From the NCBI RefSeq assembly GCF_000315625.1, contig NW_005434546.1:103981-167980 (forward strand): a DNA stretch of 64,000 nt, in the 5' to 3' direction. Under the pieces are notes generated by a model. It did not search any database, was not told where the DNA came from, and saw nothing but the letters and a program-made list of their open reading frames with translations. Positions 25,974 to 38,879 of this stretch are shown piece by piece. The position numbers and the translations under genes were made by a program. Position 1 is the first letter of the stretch, and every line of letters begins with the position of its first letter. This DNA is from Guillardia theta CCMP2712 (lineage: Eukaryota; Protista; Cryptophyta).

Positions 25974-27999
25974 ATGAGTTCGTGCACGGATCTTCACGTA
26001 GTTTCACTCCTCCTCTGTCTTCTGCGTCTTGTGTACTGTAGAATAGATTATGCAGGCACCACAAGATTACTCGGTGGCAGTGGGACTGGGGCAGGTAAAG
26101 GATTTCTGTGGGTTGCGGGTGTTTGAACCGGTTGCTTCCTCCAGGGTTGATGAACGTGACTGAGAATTGGAGACTGAGAGTCGACGGTGGCGAAATAGTC
26201 GGGAGACCAGCCGTGCTGAGCGATGGCGACGTTATTGTTGGGACACTGCAGGGCTCTGTCTATCGGATCAACCCAATCTCGAATGGTGTAACATTTCTCT
26301 ACACGCTCCGACCTGTCGTCTTGCAGTTACCCTGTTACTCTATGCCTGTTCCCTTGCGATACTCCACACGAGCGTTCCATTCGTAGTGTTTGATTGCTGC
26401 AGCTTCTTGTGATGCTGTTCTTGCCTGCCGTCTGGACGATGACGACACGGATTGTTCTCATGCGCTGGTGCAGGGACCGTCATCTGGAAGGTTTATGCAG
26501 GATCCATTGTTGGCGCACCGGTTGTCGATCAGGACGACACGATCTATTTCGGGAGCGGAGATCGCAATGTAGTGCTTCTTATATGACTCTTGGCATTTCC
26601 TCTCACGACGTTCAGGTTTGGGCCCTGACGCCTGACGGCATGACGAAATGGCAGTACCTCACCCGTGAGTTTGACCCAGCCGTTTGACAGTGATGATCTC
26701 TTGGTCTGACACGGTGTCACGTGCAGAACAACCTTTGATGACCGCTCCTCTGCTGCTTGACATGATGTATCTCTATGACGGGTCTTACTCTGATCCAGGG
26801 GTAGGTCATGCCGTGCGCTGCTATGATGTGGCTAAAGTTTGGAAGGTTGTGATAGGAGGCTTGGATGGAATCCTGTATAAACTCAACCTGGACGGGACAG
26901 AAGCATGGACGTTTCAAACCGGAGGACAGATAAGAGGGGCGGCTAGTGTAACTCATGATGGAAAGGTGAATGCCTGCGTTTTGCGTTGTTTGAATCGCAG
27001 ATGACAAAGTGAACAGATCCTGTTCGGATCCACGGACATGTACCTTTACTGCATCAGTGCAAAAGACGGGAGTTTGCAATGGAAGTACAATGCTTACCAG
27101 GAGATCACGAGCAAGCCTCTCGTTCAAGACGTCTCCATCGTGTTTGGTACGAGACAGAACAACTCAGATTCAGGACGGTAAGTTTGAGACCTGGATTTGA
27201 AAGGTTTGACCGCCATGCAGGATCATCGCCCTCAAGTTTGACGGCACATGGAGATGGGAGATCAGCATAACTTCGTCCGTGGAAGGAGAGCCAATCGAAG
27301 ACCCGGAGACAGGAACAGTCTACGCTGCTTCCAACGACGGCAAGATCTTCGCGATCCAGGCGGACGGTGCCATGCAGTGGCGATACGTCACGGGAGGGTC
27401 AGGAGGAGTCTGCGGTGACTACTCGAAGATCAGCGACGAGAATGCAAGCCCAACCGTCAGCGGGAAGTGCTCCTTCTCTGAGTTGGGTGCGCATGGTGAG
27501 AGCGGAGAGCTGGCAGAAGAGGAGTCAGCATGACGTCTACAGCAGGAGCAACCTCACCCTGCTTTGTGCATGGCATGTTGGTCACAAGCTCGGCAAACAA
27601 GTTTGTCTACGGCCTTGGACTAGATGGCTCCCTGCTGTGAGCTCTCGATCGCTAGCTCGTCCCACCTGACCTCCAGCTGCAGATGGAAGTTTGGCACGCG
27701 GAAGAGAATCAAAGCTCCGGTGCCTTTTCTTCTGCCAGCTCTGTCATGCTCAGTGCCTTTCCCCTCTATTATGCTTCTGCTCCCATCCTCTCCTCCGTCC
27801 CCCGTCGCTTCCCTGCCGCCTTCTCCCTCCCTTCTCCCCAGCTCTGCTCTGATATCCTTGACAGGTTCGGTGTCTGAGTAGCACAGACTCGTTCGGTCGC
27901 ACCTCCGTCACAGTCTTGGCTGCCTCCAACGACCGTTACTTGTACTCCATAGATGTCTCGGTGAACCCCAGCAGAGACTCCAGCAACTTCCCCTGCTAG
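25974..27999 (+). CDS. Secreted PQQ-like/BamB-type beta-propeller repeat protein
   Basis: Leader MSSCTDLHVVSLLLCLLRLVYC, then repeated blades: GDVIVGTLQGSVYRI, GGLDGILYKLNLDGTEAWTFQTGGQI, FGSTDMYLYCISAKDGSLQWKY, YAASNDGKIFAIQADGAMQWRY. Stop is TAG 27997-27999. Confidence 0.85.
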
Positions 28000-28125
28000 T
28001 CGTCGTGTTTTCTTCGTCGTGTAACAAGATAATTTGGAATACTGTTTGTTACTAACGTACAATCCTCCTCCTCCTCTTCCTCTTTCTCCTCCTCTTCCTC
28101 CGCGCGCGCTCTCTCTCCCGCTTGA

Positions 28126-30075
28126 CTAGAAGATGTAGTCTGGGGTCACCGTCTTGTGCTCCCTCAGCATGTCAGGATGAAACTCCATCCTGGGAACCTT
28201 GACCTGCTGCCCGTCACCTCCTCGCCTCCCCCGACGCTCTTCCCTTCCCCCCCTCCGCTGCTCACCTCCACCAGGTCTGTCAGCTCAATATCCGAGTACT
28301 CTAGCCTCCTCTTGGTCGCCTTCGGCAGCACCTACCGCCTCCTCTCAGCAAACCAGCAGGACCCCAGCAGGACTGTACCACGAGCGAGATCTCAGAGCCC
28401 GGCTCTCCTCGTATCAGCTTCTCGCACATCCGCTCCGTCGTCACCTGCCGGCCGTTCAGTGACTCCCCGACATCTCCAGCTGACGCCCACCAGCTCCCCG
28501 TCTACAAAGCAGATAGTGTCCCCGGTCTCCACCTGCAGCGGCTCATCCTCGCAGCTGGAGCACAGCTGCTCACCTTCCCCCTGCACGGACTGTCGCCGGC
28601 GACTCTCGTGACGATGAGCTCTGCTCCCTGCCGCATCCACTCGATGCCGATCCCCTGGAAGAGCGTGAGGAGGAACGAAAGAGAGGGAGGGAGAGGGATG
28701 GCGAGGTAGAGGTAGAGGGAGGGGGAGAGGGAGAGGGAGAGAGAGGGAGAGGGGGAGAGGGAGAGGTAGAGGACGAGCAGAGATGGAGGAGAGACGGCAG
28801 TTAAAAGTGACAAGGTGAAAGAAGGAGAATGGAGCGATGATCGGTGAAGGGGACGAAAGAAGAGAAGGACGGGAGCTCACGGTTCCTCGGAGAGGATAAT
28901 AAGGATACTTGGAGCGGAGGATCACATTCGCCTGCTCCCCGAAAAGTTTCTCCACGTCCCACCTGAGCAGGGGAGAGCGTTTGAGAGTGAGCTAGGAGGC
29001 AAGTGCGGTGCAGACAATCGTCTCCATACCCTTCTTTCCACATGCTCTCGATCAATCCCTCGACTGACGGCAAGTCAGAGACAAACTTCACAGCTCGACC
29101 TCTCCAACGTTGCATGTGCCGGACCATAAAACGATCCTCCACGTGCTTCTTCTCTGCCCAGCAGCCGTCAGCTTCACACCCTCGGCCCTCGCTGGCTGCC
29201 TCCGACCTTCCAACCTGCCTATCACGCTCTCTGCATAGATCCTGCTCCCAAGGCTCACTGAAGCGTTTCAACCTCCCCGTCAACTCACTTCTTTGGGACT
29301 TGTGGGAGTTGGTCGACGACTAGGTTTTCATAGTCGACGCCTGCAAGCTGAGAGCAAAAGGTCATTGAGGTGCCCAGGAAGTTCAACGGTTACGCTCAAG
29401 TTCTTGTTTTCTTTGAACCATTTGTACCACTGATGCATTGAAATTTGTCCTGCAGGGTCATGTAAGGATAGAGAAAGTTGACTGAGCTCACGGTCGAGGC
29501 GTTTGAGGTTCACCAGGAGTGAAAGTTTCATTTCCTCTGTGCTGCTTCCATTCCTCCCGCTCGCCGATGATGCCCGGACACTCGACCATGTTGTTCACGT
29601 CTCTTTCCACTTCTAGTCCGCAGCCAAACCAGTTGACCGGACAGTGAGCGAAAAGATGCTGCAGGACTTTGGTTTGATCTGGCAGACGTTTCAACTTGAT
29701 GATGGTGTAGAGGGCGAGCAAGAGGAGGCGATTAAGCTTGTCACGAGAGGAGCATGTCGAGAAAGCGATGGGGAAGGCAGTGATGAGAAGACAGGGAGGA
29801 AAATGTGAAGAAACAAGCGTGAACACGTGCGTCACCTTCAGACCCGATCGCATTCTCTGAGAAATATTTCTTCACATAAAACATCTTTGTCGCTTCCCTC
29901 AACTTGAAGCAACACACACCTCAAACGTGAGTTGTCAACGAAAAAGATTACGGCCACTACCTGTTGAGCTTTCATGATGTCAGCAGATCTCACGAGACTG
30001 TCTTGCAGGGCAAGTCTGTGCGACTGGATTCCCTCTTGGATCTACACAGGTCTTTAGAACTGAGATTGCAAACAT
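28126..30075 (-). CDS. Hypothetical multi-exon protein with C-terminal PDZ-like domain
   Basis: Exons give GIGIEWMRQGAELIVTRVAGDSP and VETGDTICFVDG, a PDZ pattern. Boundaries are approximate. Confidence 0.6.
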
Positions 30076-30143
30076 GGAATACCTCGAGAGCTTTGTAATG
30101 TTCTGTTTCATTGTTTCTCAACTTGCCCATGGCTTGAAGGATT

Positions 30144-33100
30144 TCAATCTGTTGCCACAGCCTCGCTCATCAACCCTCCTCCTCCCTCTATCTCAAGACT
30201 CACCACACTCAGAGCCGTTCCATCCTCATGAATGACGGGGATGTTCAGATCGATACCCACAGGTGTTTCTCGAGCGTGTAAATTCGATCCCTGCACCTCT
30301 TCCTCCCCGCCCCGCCATTGCTCATTCTCCTCCTCGTCCTCGCCGATCTTCTCTCTCCACTCCTGTCCTTTCCACAAGTTCTCTTCCTCCTCGTCTTCCA
30401 TTCCTTCTTCCTTCCTGTCTTCAGCTCGAGACTGCAGCTCGGGTCCGCTCCTCTTCTCCTCAGCCACGATCAATTCCTTCATCTCCTCGTCCTCGTTCCC
30501 ATTCTCCTCTGCCCCCCCTCGCACCCTCAGCCTCCCTGACACAAACGACAGGAGGACGTCAGAGCAACTCCCTCCTCGCAGCTTCATTGCTGCTGCTCCG
30601 ACAAGACCTGGATACCCTGAGCTTCTTCCCGCAGCAGGCAGTGTAAGTTACCTTCGTCCTCCAAGGCCTGTTCAAGGTCCTTGCAGCAACAATCAGCAGC
30701 AAGTCTCGACTGGGGTTGTAGTTACCTTTCTCTGCCCCATGTTGAGGGAGAATTTCTCCACCAGCTCTTCCTTCTCCATGGCTGCTAGCTGGGCAAGCGA
30801 AACCTGCCGAGTCAAGATGTCAAACCCAGTCATGATCTACCTATCCCCTCACGTTTGCTTCCAGCACGCGCTGCCCGACGTCATCGAGCAACTTGTGTTT
30901 GACAAGGAACGCCGACAAGTCCATCTCAACTTGCTTGACAGCCGCCGACTTCTTGGCAGATCTCCTGGCTGCCGCCCCCGGGGCAGCAGACACGCGGGTC
31001 GTCTTTGCCTTGCCAACTTTCGTGTTCTTATTCTTCTTGAGCTCCCACTCGAAGTTAAGCTCCTCCAGCAACAACTTCTTCTCTGCCGCTAGCAGCCCCT
31101 TCCTTATCTTACTCCTCTGCGTCATCACCCACGTCCCCAGGGGAGGGTTTTCCACGTGGCGTTTGGGCACGTTGGAGTGTCCGTGCTGCCTGTGGAAAGC
31201 CTGCAGCTCGAGGTAACGAGCCTCCCACTCCTTGTCCCTCTTTTGGGTTCGCTCGTCGACGCTCTCGTCGTCGTCGTCGTCAGGGAGGTTGTCAAACGAT
31301 GAGAAGTCATCGCTGTGGGAGAGGAGGAGGCTCTCGTCTACCACCCCGTTCTCGATCAGGACAGTCTGGTTGAACCTGGCAGACACCTCCTCCCTGATAA
31401 ACCCCGACGGGGATTGCTTCTGCAGCTGCAGAAGCGCTTTGTCTCTTGCCTCCCACCCGGCTCTCAGAACTTCACGGCTAGAGTTGTCAGCCGCGTCCTC
31501 GTTCAGCAGGAGCCCCTCCTCTCTTAGGATCTTCCTCCTCTCAAACATGCGCATGAACTGGAGCTGGTAGGCGTTGTGGTACGAATTGTTCCTAGCCAGC
31601 TCGATCGACTCCATCATCATGTCGTCAAACGCCATGACGTGAAATCGTTTGAACTGCTTGAGCTCTCGGTTGATGTACCTTCGAGCAAGCGACCACAGCT
31701 CCAACGAATGATCGTTCGGCTTCGACTTGACAAACTTGCAGTAGTCAAAGAGCGTCAAGTTGGCTGCCCTGGCAGAGGCGTTGAGGTCTTCGATCCACAA
31801 GTGATCCCTCGAAGTATCACTATCACCTCCTGACTTGTCTGCGGTCGTCTTTCCCTTGTCCTTTGCCACCATTTTCTTCGCTTCCTTCTTTCCATCGGCC
31901 ATCCTTGTACCATCTGGTCCTTCTCCCTCCTCCTCCGACCACTCTGAGAGCTCCTCACTTTGTTGATCGCCCTTAAGCTCCCCAGCTCCTTCCGGCTCCT
32001 TCACGTCCGACTGCGTTCCCCACTGCCTCGCAAGATTCTCAAAATTTTCATCCTCGTTGCCAAGATCGAGGTTGAAACCATCTGCCAAGGACTTGGGAAC
32101 CTGTTCCTGTTCGCTGCTCAAGGAGATTCACCGCGATTTTCACGGCGAGAACGCACTTTACCTCTCGCGTTCCTCTCCCGCCTTTGCATTTTCAGAGGCA
32201 ATGACGATGGTAGGCGGTTGCACCTGTAGTGAGCAGTCAGCGACATCCAACTTTCAACTTCCGCATGTCCTTGCCTGATGGCTCGCTTCCATAAATAGCT
32301 GCGGAGAAAGTCAGAGATGAAAGATGGTATGATCCAAAATCACTACAACCACCATAGGAATTTAAAATCATCAAGCTTCTCATCAGAATCCTTCTTGCCA
32401 TCATCATCGTCATCATCAAAGATATCACTATCGCCGCCCCCTCTCAAACTCAATACTTCACAAAACAATACCTTCGATTGAAGTTCCAGCAGCCTTTGTT
32501 GCTCCTAAAAGGGCTTGTCAAAGGGAGGATGGCAATATGCATCAAGGAACAAACCGCCTCCTGCTGGAGTTTCTGCCTCATCTTTGCCTCTTGCTTCAAT
32601 GCCCTGCAGGAACAGATTCATACTTTTCTTCTCGTCTTCATCGTTCTTCACCTAGCCTTCTCCGACTTGCTTTGCCTCACTTCCGAAAGCTTCCTCTTCT
32701 TCTCGGGATTCTCCACCTCCTCCTCACCGGCCTGACCGCTCTGGGCACTCGGCGCTTGTGCGGGGGCCGCAGCAGGAGCTGAGAACAGATCTGGTCGAGT
32801 ACTTTTCATGTCTTCCAACCACTTGGCGTCGTCCATCAGAATGTCGTCAAGGTCCGAGCCTCCACGGAGGTTGTTGGGGTTCGAGTGTATCGAGAAGTAA
32901 CTCTGGTTCCTCCGTAAGAGCCTGGAAGTCAGCGCATTCTTCAGCTGCGGAACCTCAGTCTCGAGGAACGATCTCTTTGCAAGCTCATGACTGAAGTCCC
33001 CTTCACTTTTCAGCGCGCTCTGGAGCTTCCTCCTTTGGAGACGTCGATCCAATGCAGCGACTTCACTCGGATCTGCCAACTTCTTCATCTCTTCCCACTC

Positions 33101-33572
33101 ATCCGTTCCGTTGAGATGTTGGTAGGCTGTCATGAGGTCAATCCAGCCCTCGAACTTGTACCCCTTGCTCTCCGGGCAATCGAAATGATAGCCCTGGTGG
33201 AATGCGATCTGAAGGTCAAAATTTAGTATGTCGCCAGGTCGACCAGCAACGCACAACCTCTCTCATCAGACGGCTGACATTGCTCGGTTTCGCAGTTCGC
33301 CCCATGATCTTGACCGCAGGCAACGAGTCGTCCTCCATCTGCTCACTGCCAGCGGCGGTTGTGTTCAACCTTCGGAAGAACTGCCCGTCACTTGCCACGA
33401 ATATGCTGTCAGTAAGAGCTCCACAACCACCACGAACGCGCAACGTGGCATGCTGGAAGGGAACTGAAAGCTGTCGGGCGATGCTGCTGTCAGTTGTTTG
33501 CAGTTGGAGAACAGAGAAGAAAGAAATTTGAATGAATAGCTCCAGCCCTGGGGATTGCCTACCAACAACCAT
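30144..33572 (-). CDS. Large protein with helicase-associated (HA) domain and SAM-like domain, multi-exon
   Basis: WEARYLELQAFHRQHGHSNVPKRHVENPPLGTWVMTQRSKIRKGLL...LLEELNFEW matches the HA repeat consensus. It is followed by a SAM-like DLSAFLVKHKL...VSLAQLAAMEKEELVEKFSLNMGQRK. ORFs 33572-33258, 33208-32651, 32121-30853 and ~30535-30144 can be joined by short introns. Confidence 0.75.
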
Positions 33573-34619
33573 GATTGCTATCGATGCATTTCATGCTTTC
33601 TTGCTATCTAGAGACTTGACTTTGTCGCCGCATTTGATGCAGATGATGTTGAGGATCACGAGAGATGCAGGAGGGCAGATCATTCCCAGGGCCGTTTCCC
33701 TTCATTCTACTAAATCGCTTTCCTTCCTGAACAAAAAGGGCAAAGTTAGCAGGTGAGCATTGTCAACTAAACGAGAAGATTTATGTGCTCGCGATAGAGG
33801 GAGAGGGATGGATAAATGGAGTGGTGGAAGCGGAAAGACATGCAGGTAGCGGGAAAGGGGAGTTGGTGGGGGTGCATTGATACGAGGAGGCTTTCGAGGG
33901 AAGGGCAAGGGCAAGAAGGATGGGATCGCGCGAGACAAGGAGTGAGTAGGGTGACAAGAGACTGGAAGAGGAGGGCAGAAGAGAGGTGAGGACAGTGCTG
34001 AAGGGAAAGAACGATGGAGGAGAGGATGTGGATGTGGGGAGGAGGAGGAGGTGAGAGTCAAGCAAGTCTGGCTAGATTCGTTCGCTGATGAGGACGCATT
34101 GGATTGGAAATGGCATCAGAAGTATCCCTGAAGATACAATGACCAATCCGGGCCCGCTCCGGTTCTCAGTCTTTATGGATCGCCATCTGCCGCGGTCACG
34201 TTTCGACTCTTCACATATCGGGAATGCGGGGCAGCGGGGGAAGGAGAAGAGAGTTGGAGCTGTTGGTAGGGGCGGCAAGAGGTTAAGAGTGCATGAACAC
34301 GAGAGCAAGAACATGAGCGAGATGGTATGAGACAGATATATGAGAGAGGAGATATGAGAGAATGGAATTGAGAGTAAGATAACGATAGCAAGAACATGAG
34401 GGTGAGAGCATGAGAGTAAGCGCAGGCAATGTGTATCGCAGATGAGGTTTCTGCAATGTACAAGTGGTCGTACCCCATTGACGAGCGCGGATGTGCTTTA
34501 GCCCTTTTAGACAAGGGGGTTTCCCTTCATGATAGGCGCGCTTCGTGTCATCCTTGGCTCACGTTCATCACAGGCTAAAACTCGCAGTCAGGAACTACCA
34601 GGGCCAGCAGTATCCAGCC

Positions 34620-35186
34620 ATGCTCGAGGGTCCAATGCGGCAAGGTTGCTTGCTTGCCGCAATGGTCCTCGGTCTGCTGGTTGTCCTTGTAAGTTTGCAC
34701 CGGGCGAAGGAGCAGGCTCTTCTTAGCTCTCCTCTCCCTGCCTCGGTGATGGGCACAGACCTAACTGGAATGTATGCTCACTCAGCGCCGCTCGTGACCT
34801 TTGTGCCGGTACCAGAGGAATCGAGGTTTGTTCCTTACAGAGGAAGTGTATCCTTTGAAGCTCCGGCTTCTGTCCTTGAGTACCCCCCGCGCCAGGCAGT
34901 CAGGGACCCGCAATCCTTTTTTGCCGAGCAGCGACGATCAGAAATTAGGAGGATAATGCAAGAAGGAAGTGCCGTGCTGTCGCAAATCAAGGCGAGCATG
35001 GAGACGAGGCATTCTCCAGTCTCACACAAGAAGGTGTCCAAGGTCCAACTACTCCATGCGAACCATCGCCTCGTGCCCCCTGCGCATCTGGCGAAAGACG
35101 ATCTGCATGCGCACCAGAGCACTTGGCGTCCGTCCAAGAAGGAGGGCAAGAGAATGGACAAGCACTCCGAAGCCAGGTTGACATAG
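34620..35186 (+). CDS. Hypothetical protein with N-terminal TM/signal anchor
   Basis: ORF MLEGPMRQGCLLAAMVLGLLVVLVSLHR... with coding-like composition. It may have an additional 3' exon. Confidence 0.55.
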   Translation: MLEGPMRQGCLLAAMVLGLLVVLVSLHRAKEQALLSSPLPASVMGTDLTGMYAHSAPLVTFVPVPEESRFVPYRGSVSFEAPASVLEYPPRQAVRDPQSFFAEQRRSEIRRIMQEGSAVLSQIKASMETRHSPVSHKKVSKVQLLHANHRLVPPAHLAKDDLHAHQSTWRPSKKEGKRMDKHSEARLT

Positions 35187-36022
35187 TCACTGTAGCCGCA
35201 TCGTATACTAATGTCGATGTATCAGACGCGTGCCCGGTGCGAAGGTTGAGAAATCCCACAACAAGGAACAGAAATACGATTTTCACTTCAAGGTAACGTG
35301 ATATCAACGTCGCTCATTCTCCTGTGAACAAGGAACTCAGGGATTTGGGGTCAAGCTTAGTGCAGACGTGAGAGCCTGGCAACCTCGAGCAGGTGCTTGG
35401 TACTCCTACACGCCTCGAGGTAAATATTTGACATTGTAAATTTCATGCTCAAGATGTTTGCTCGCAGAAAACTTGCAAAACTCAGCTGCTTCTAATCCTA
35501 ATGGTTTCGTCACGATGACTACGCTGGCAGTTTGTATCACTCTTGCGTTCTGCTCAATGTGATTTATTGAAAATTTTACGATAGCCAACAAATATTCCTC
35601 TGTGTCCACTATGCATTCAATTTCATGATGTAGATCTATCAATTTCTTGCGTTCTCCACTCAGCTAGTCAACACATGATATGGCGGGGAGTCTAGCCAGT
35701 TCTTCGAATTTGGAAACAACAACAGGCTGTCCACGTTTTGCAAAGAATTTGCACTGTCATGTTGCTTCAATGCGACTTCACGCCATCGCATTTGCCACAT
35801 CTTGGATTTCAACTGCTATTGATTACTGCCAAAGTGAACAAAGTACAAAACTGTGGTTTTTGGCTACAACATTCCGATAAGACATGTGGGGGTGACAGCT
35901 TCAGTCAAGCTTTACTTTTGACCCGATAGAGTAGAGAGACAGTATCATCGCTTTCGATTGCCATCCTTATGCAGCATTTTGAGCACTGATAGCTTGTGTT
36001 ATCCAAATCATTGTTCTGTGGC

Positions 36023-36515
36023 TCAGCGATAATGAGTTGAGAAGCATTTTGGCCTCGACGATCGTTGAACATGATCCAAGGCTTCTTCAAACAGCTCCTG
36101 CAGTTCTCCCTTCCATGACCCTTCCACAGTGAAACTTGATTTATATTTCCGCTGATAGGGCCATTTCTGTACGCCTAGTCTTCGGCAAACATTCTTCAAA
36201 GCCGATAACGAGATTCCCTGTGGGCTACAGTCACAACACCAAATTTCAAGTGAAAAAAATCACAAGTACCAAGGACTTCGCTGCCTCCGATTGCTGCAGC
36301 TTGAACAATGGTGCTATAGTCGCCAAGGTTATGACTACTTCCTTGGGATACTCTGTTGGACTTTCTCGCTTCTGTCTTGTGAGAAGACGAACGGTTCGGT
36401 CAGTGTCCAATGCTGAAATGTTGTTGAGCTTATCAGGAGCAGGTCCACGCATTGAAGGGGGAGTAGGAAGATCGGTGTGAGAGATATGCACTTGGCTGGG
36501 GACTTCGAATACCAT
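36023..36515 (-). CDS. RWP-RK domain transcription factor (2 exons, intron 36218-36269)
   Basis: The spliced product ...VITLATIAPLFKLQQSEAAKSL|GISLSALKNVCRRLGVQKWPYQRK... is an RWP-RK domain with the variant KWPYQRK. Stop is TGA 36025-36023. This spliced gene is not visible in the ORF track. Confidence 0.9.
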
Positions 36516-38879
36516 ACAAGGCTGAAGAGGCTGAAGGGATTGAGGGTGCTAGAGCACTGCGATGAAGTATAAGTAGGGGAGGGACAAGGGGGCGGAGGAT
36601 TTGGGGAACGGAGGGAAATGTCGCACTATTTGTTTTTTTAGGAACAATGGGTGAACCCTACCCTTGTTGCAAGGGACACCCTACCTCATATCCTTCGTGT
36701 GACTTATACTTAAAGGTGGGGGTGGTCTTGTGGAATGGGTAGGTACTCCTATGAAGTTGAGGAAGACGTCGACCATGCGAGGTCCATGCAACGATTACAC
36801 TCTCGAGAACGGAAAGATATGATTTCAAGTTTGATTCCCTGTAGTAAATAACGAAGAGGTCGATTGGCAGTACCAAAGAATCTTTCATGACGTGACAGGC
36901 AGGGGATGGTACGTGACTTCTCGCGAAGAGATGCGGATCTAATCGTGCAGCCTCCTTTCCGTACGGTCGCACGATGAAAATCCGCCACCTTCCGCCCCAC
37001 CCCCACCTACCTGGACCACCAAAGGTTCTCAACAGGGGTCGAACATGCGGCTCGGAATCACGGAATCAACCAACAGTTGCGAAATCGGCCGTCAGGCAAA
37101 ATCAGCCGTCATTTTGAGACAGGTCACGGCTGCAGGGCGTGACTCATCAGTGACAGTGATGTCTGCCCGGGCAACACCGTGAGCCAGCAGCCGTGACCAG
37201 AACCCCGCGAGTCTCTTGACTCCTTGCTCCACTCTCTCATGAAATCTTCAAACAGGACCCCCGGTGCCTCAATCCTATTTCCACAGCTTGCAGGCCTGAG
37301 CTGTCCTCGGGCCTCCTGGAATGATACCGATACGTTAAGCTCTTGACCCTGTAAGGTGAGAAATGCGTCTAATGAAGCCTCCTCCTGAGCCTTTAAGGAT
37401 GATGGGATGTCCAGCAGATGAAGCTTGATTAGTCTTGAGCTTGACATTGGTTGAATACATCAGTGCTTGACTGGTGCAAGCCATTAACTATTTCAAAGTC
37501 ATGCTGTCTTGCTGCCGACATGTGTTTTTCACATTCTTCACAGAAGTGCTGGTTTGTTTCCAAAGTCAACTTAAAACCTGGAGATCCCTCAAAGAATGCT
37601 TCACATTTTTAGTGAAAAAATCGAAACCATCCGAAACATCATGGTTTAGGGTTTAGGTCCACCCGATATGGCATGAAGAACTACAGATAAAGAACTAAAG
37701 ATTAAAGACCCCAAGCAGAATTCTCCCTCTCACAGGTTTCAGTCACTTGCATCTCACAAAGCAAGTGACTCAGATAGGAATACTCATCACATTTTCAATC
37801 AGTGTATCATTTACTTAGCTAGTACTAGTTCTGACTAGAGTACCACTGCTAGAGTATTGTAGGTGATCTTTGTACAAGGAAAAATACAGATAGCGTACTG
37901 GACACATCTACTAGAATGCTGGTGCCGACTTGATAGTCGAGTAGTTCACGGTACAGTTCAAGGAGAGGCTACAAGTGTTTAGGGCAGCGATCAGGAGCAG
38001 GGAGGGCCGCTTCGAAGCGAGCCAAACTGGAGCATTTGAACTTGCCGCAGCGATCATGCTAGGACGTACGAATCTACAGGGTCAGTCCGTTCTGCAAGGA
38101 ACAGTATGTACTGAGATTTGACGGCGTGACCGTGTCCGAGTCGGGCAATACCGTGGCCATAGGGTTGAACAAGGCAGTTTATTCCGCTGGGCTATTTCCA
38201 TATCTTTCCGAGCTCAGACTTCAAGGTAGCAGCAACCAGAATGCTCAAGAAAGTTGAAGGAACCAAGAAAAGTAGAGCCGGTTGTCCTGCTCCAGAGTTG
38301 AAAGCTTCGCATAAGAAACATCCCACGGAATATCTGGACAGGGATGATGATTAAATTATGTAGCTAGAGACACCACACAACTCACCCCCCGAGAGATGCT
38401 TGAAGGTACCAGTTGCTCTTCTCTTGTACATCTACTTGTCCTGCAAATCATCCATAATCTCATGATTCCTTGCACCCTTTATGGCGGTCTTACCCTCGCC
38501 CGGAGAAGTTGTTTCCGATTCCTTTGTTTTGTCCTTGTCAAATCTTGCTGCCCATCCGGTCAACATTGCCTGGAAGTATTGAGTGATGGAGAACAGAAAT
38601 ATTACATCTACCGGGAAGACAGCGTCTGCAAGTCCAAGTGCGTCCGTTGGCTTTCCATCAATCACAACTTCAAGCAGCCCAGGCTGCCATGACGATCCCG
38701 AGAGCTTGGCTCTAGCTTATCAAAATGTCACTGTCAAGATTCAGTATGCAACAAACCTTACCCACAGACTCCATTACAGAGGCTGCTGGTTCAGCAGCTG
38801 AAGCAGGAGGAACGAGGAAAGAAGATCCATAGACCCCGAAAAGGTCATACGCCACCTTCATTCCAGTCATGGGGTACAG

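Noticed and set aside
35406-35900. AT-rich minus-strand coding-like segment
   Set aside because: It may be a small spliced gene, but I could not build a confident model or assign a family.
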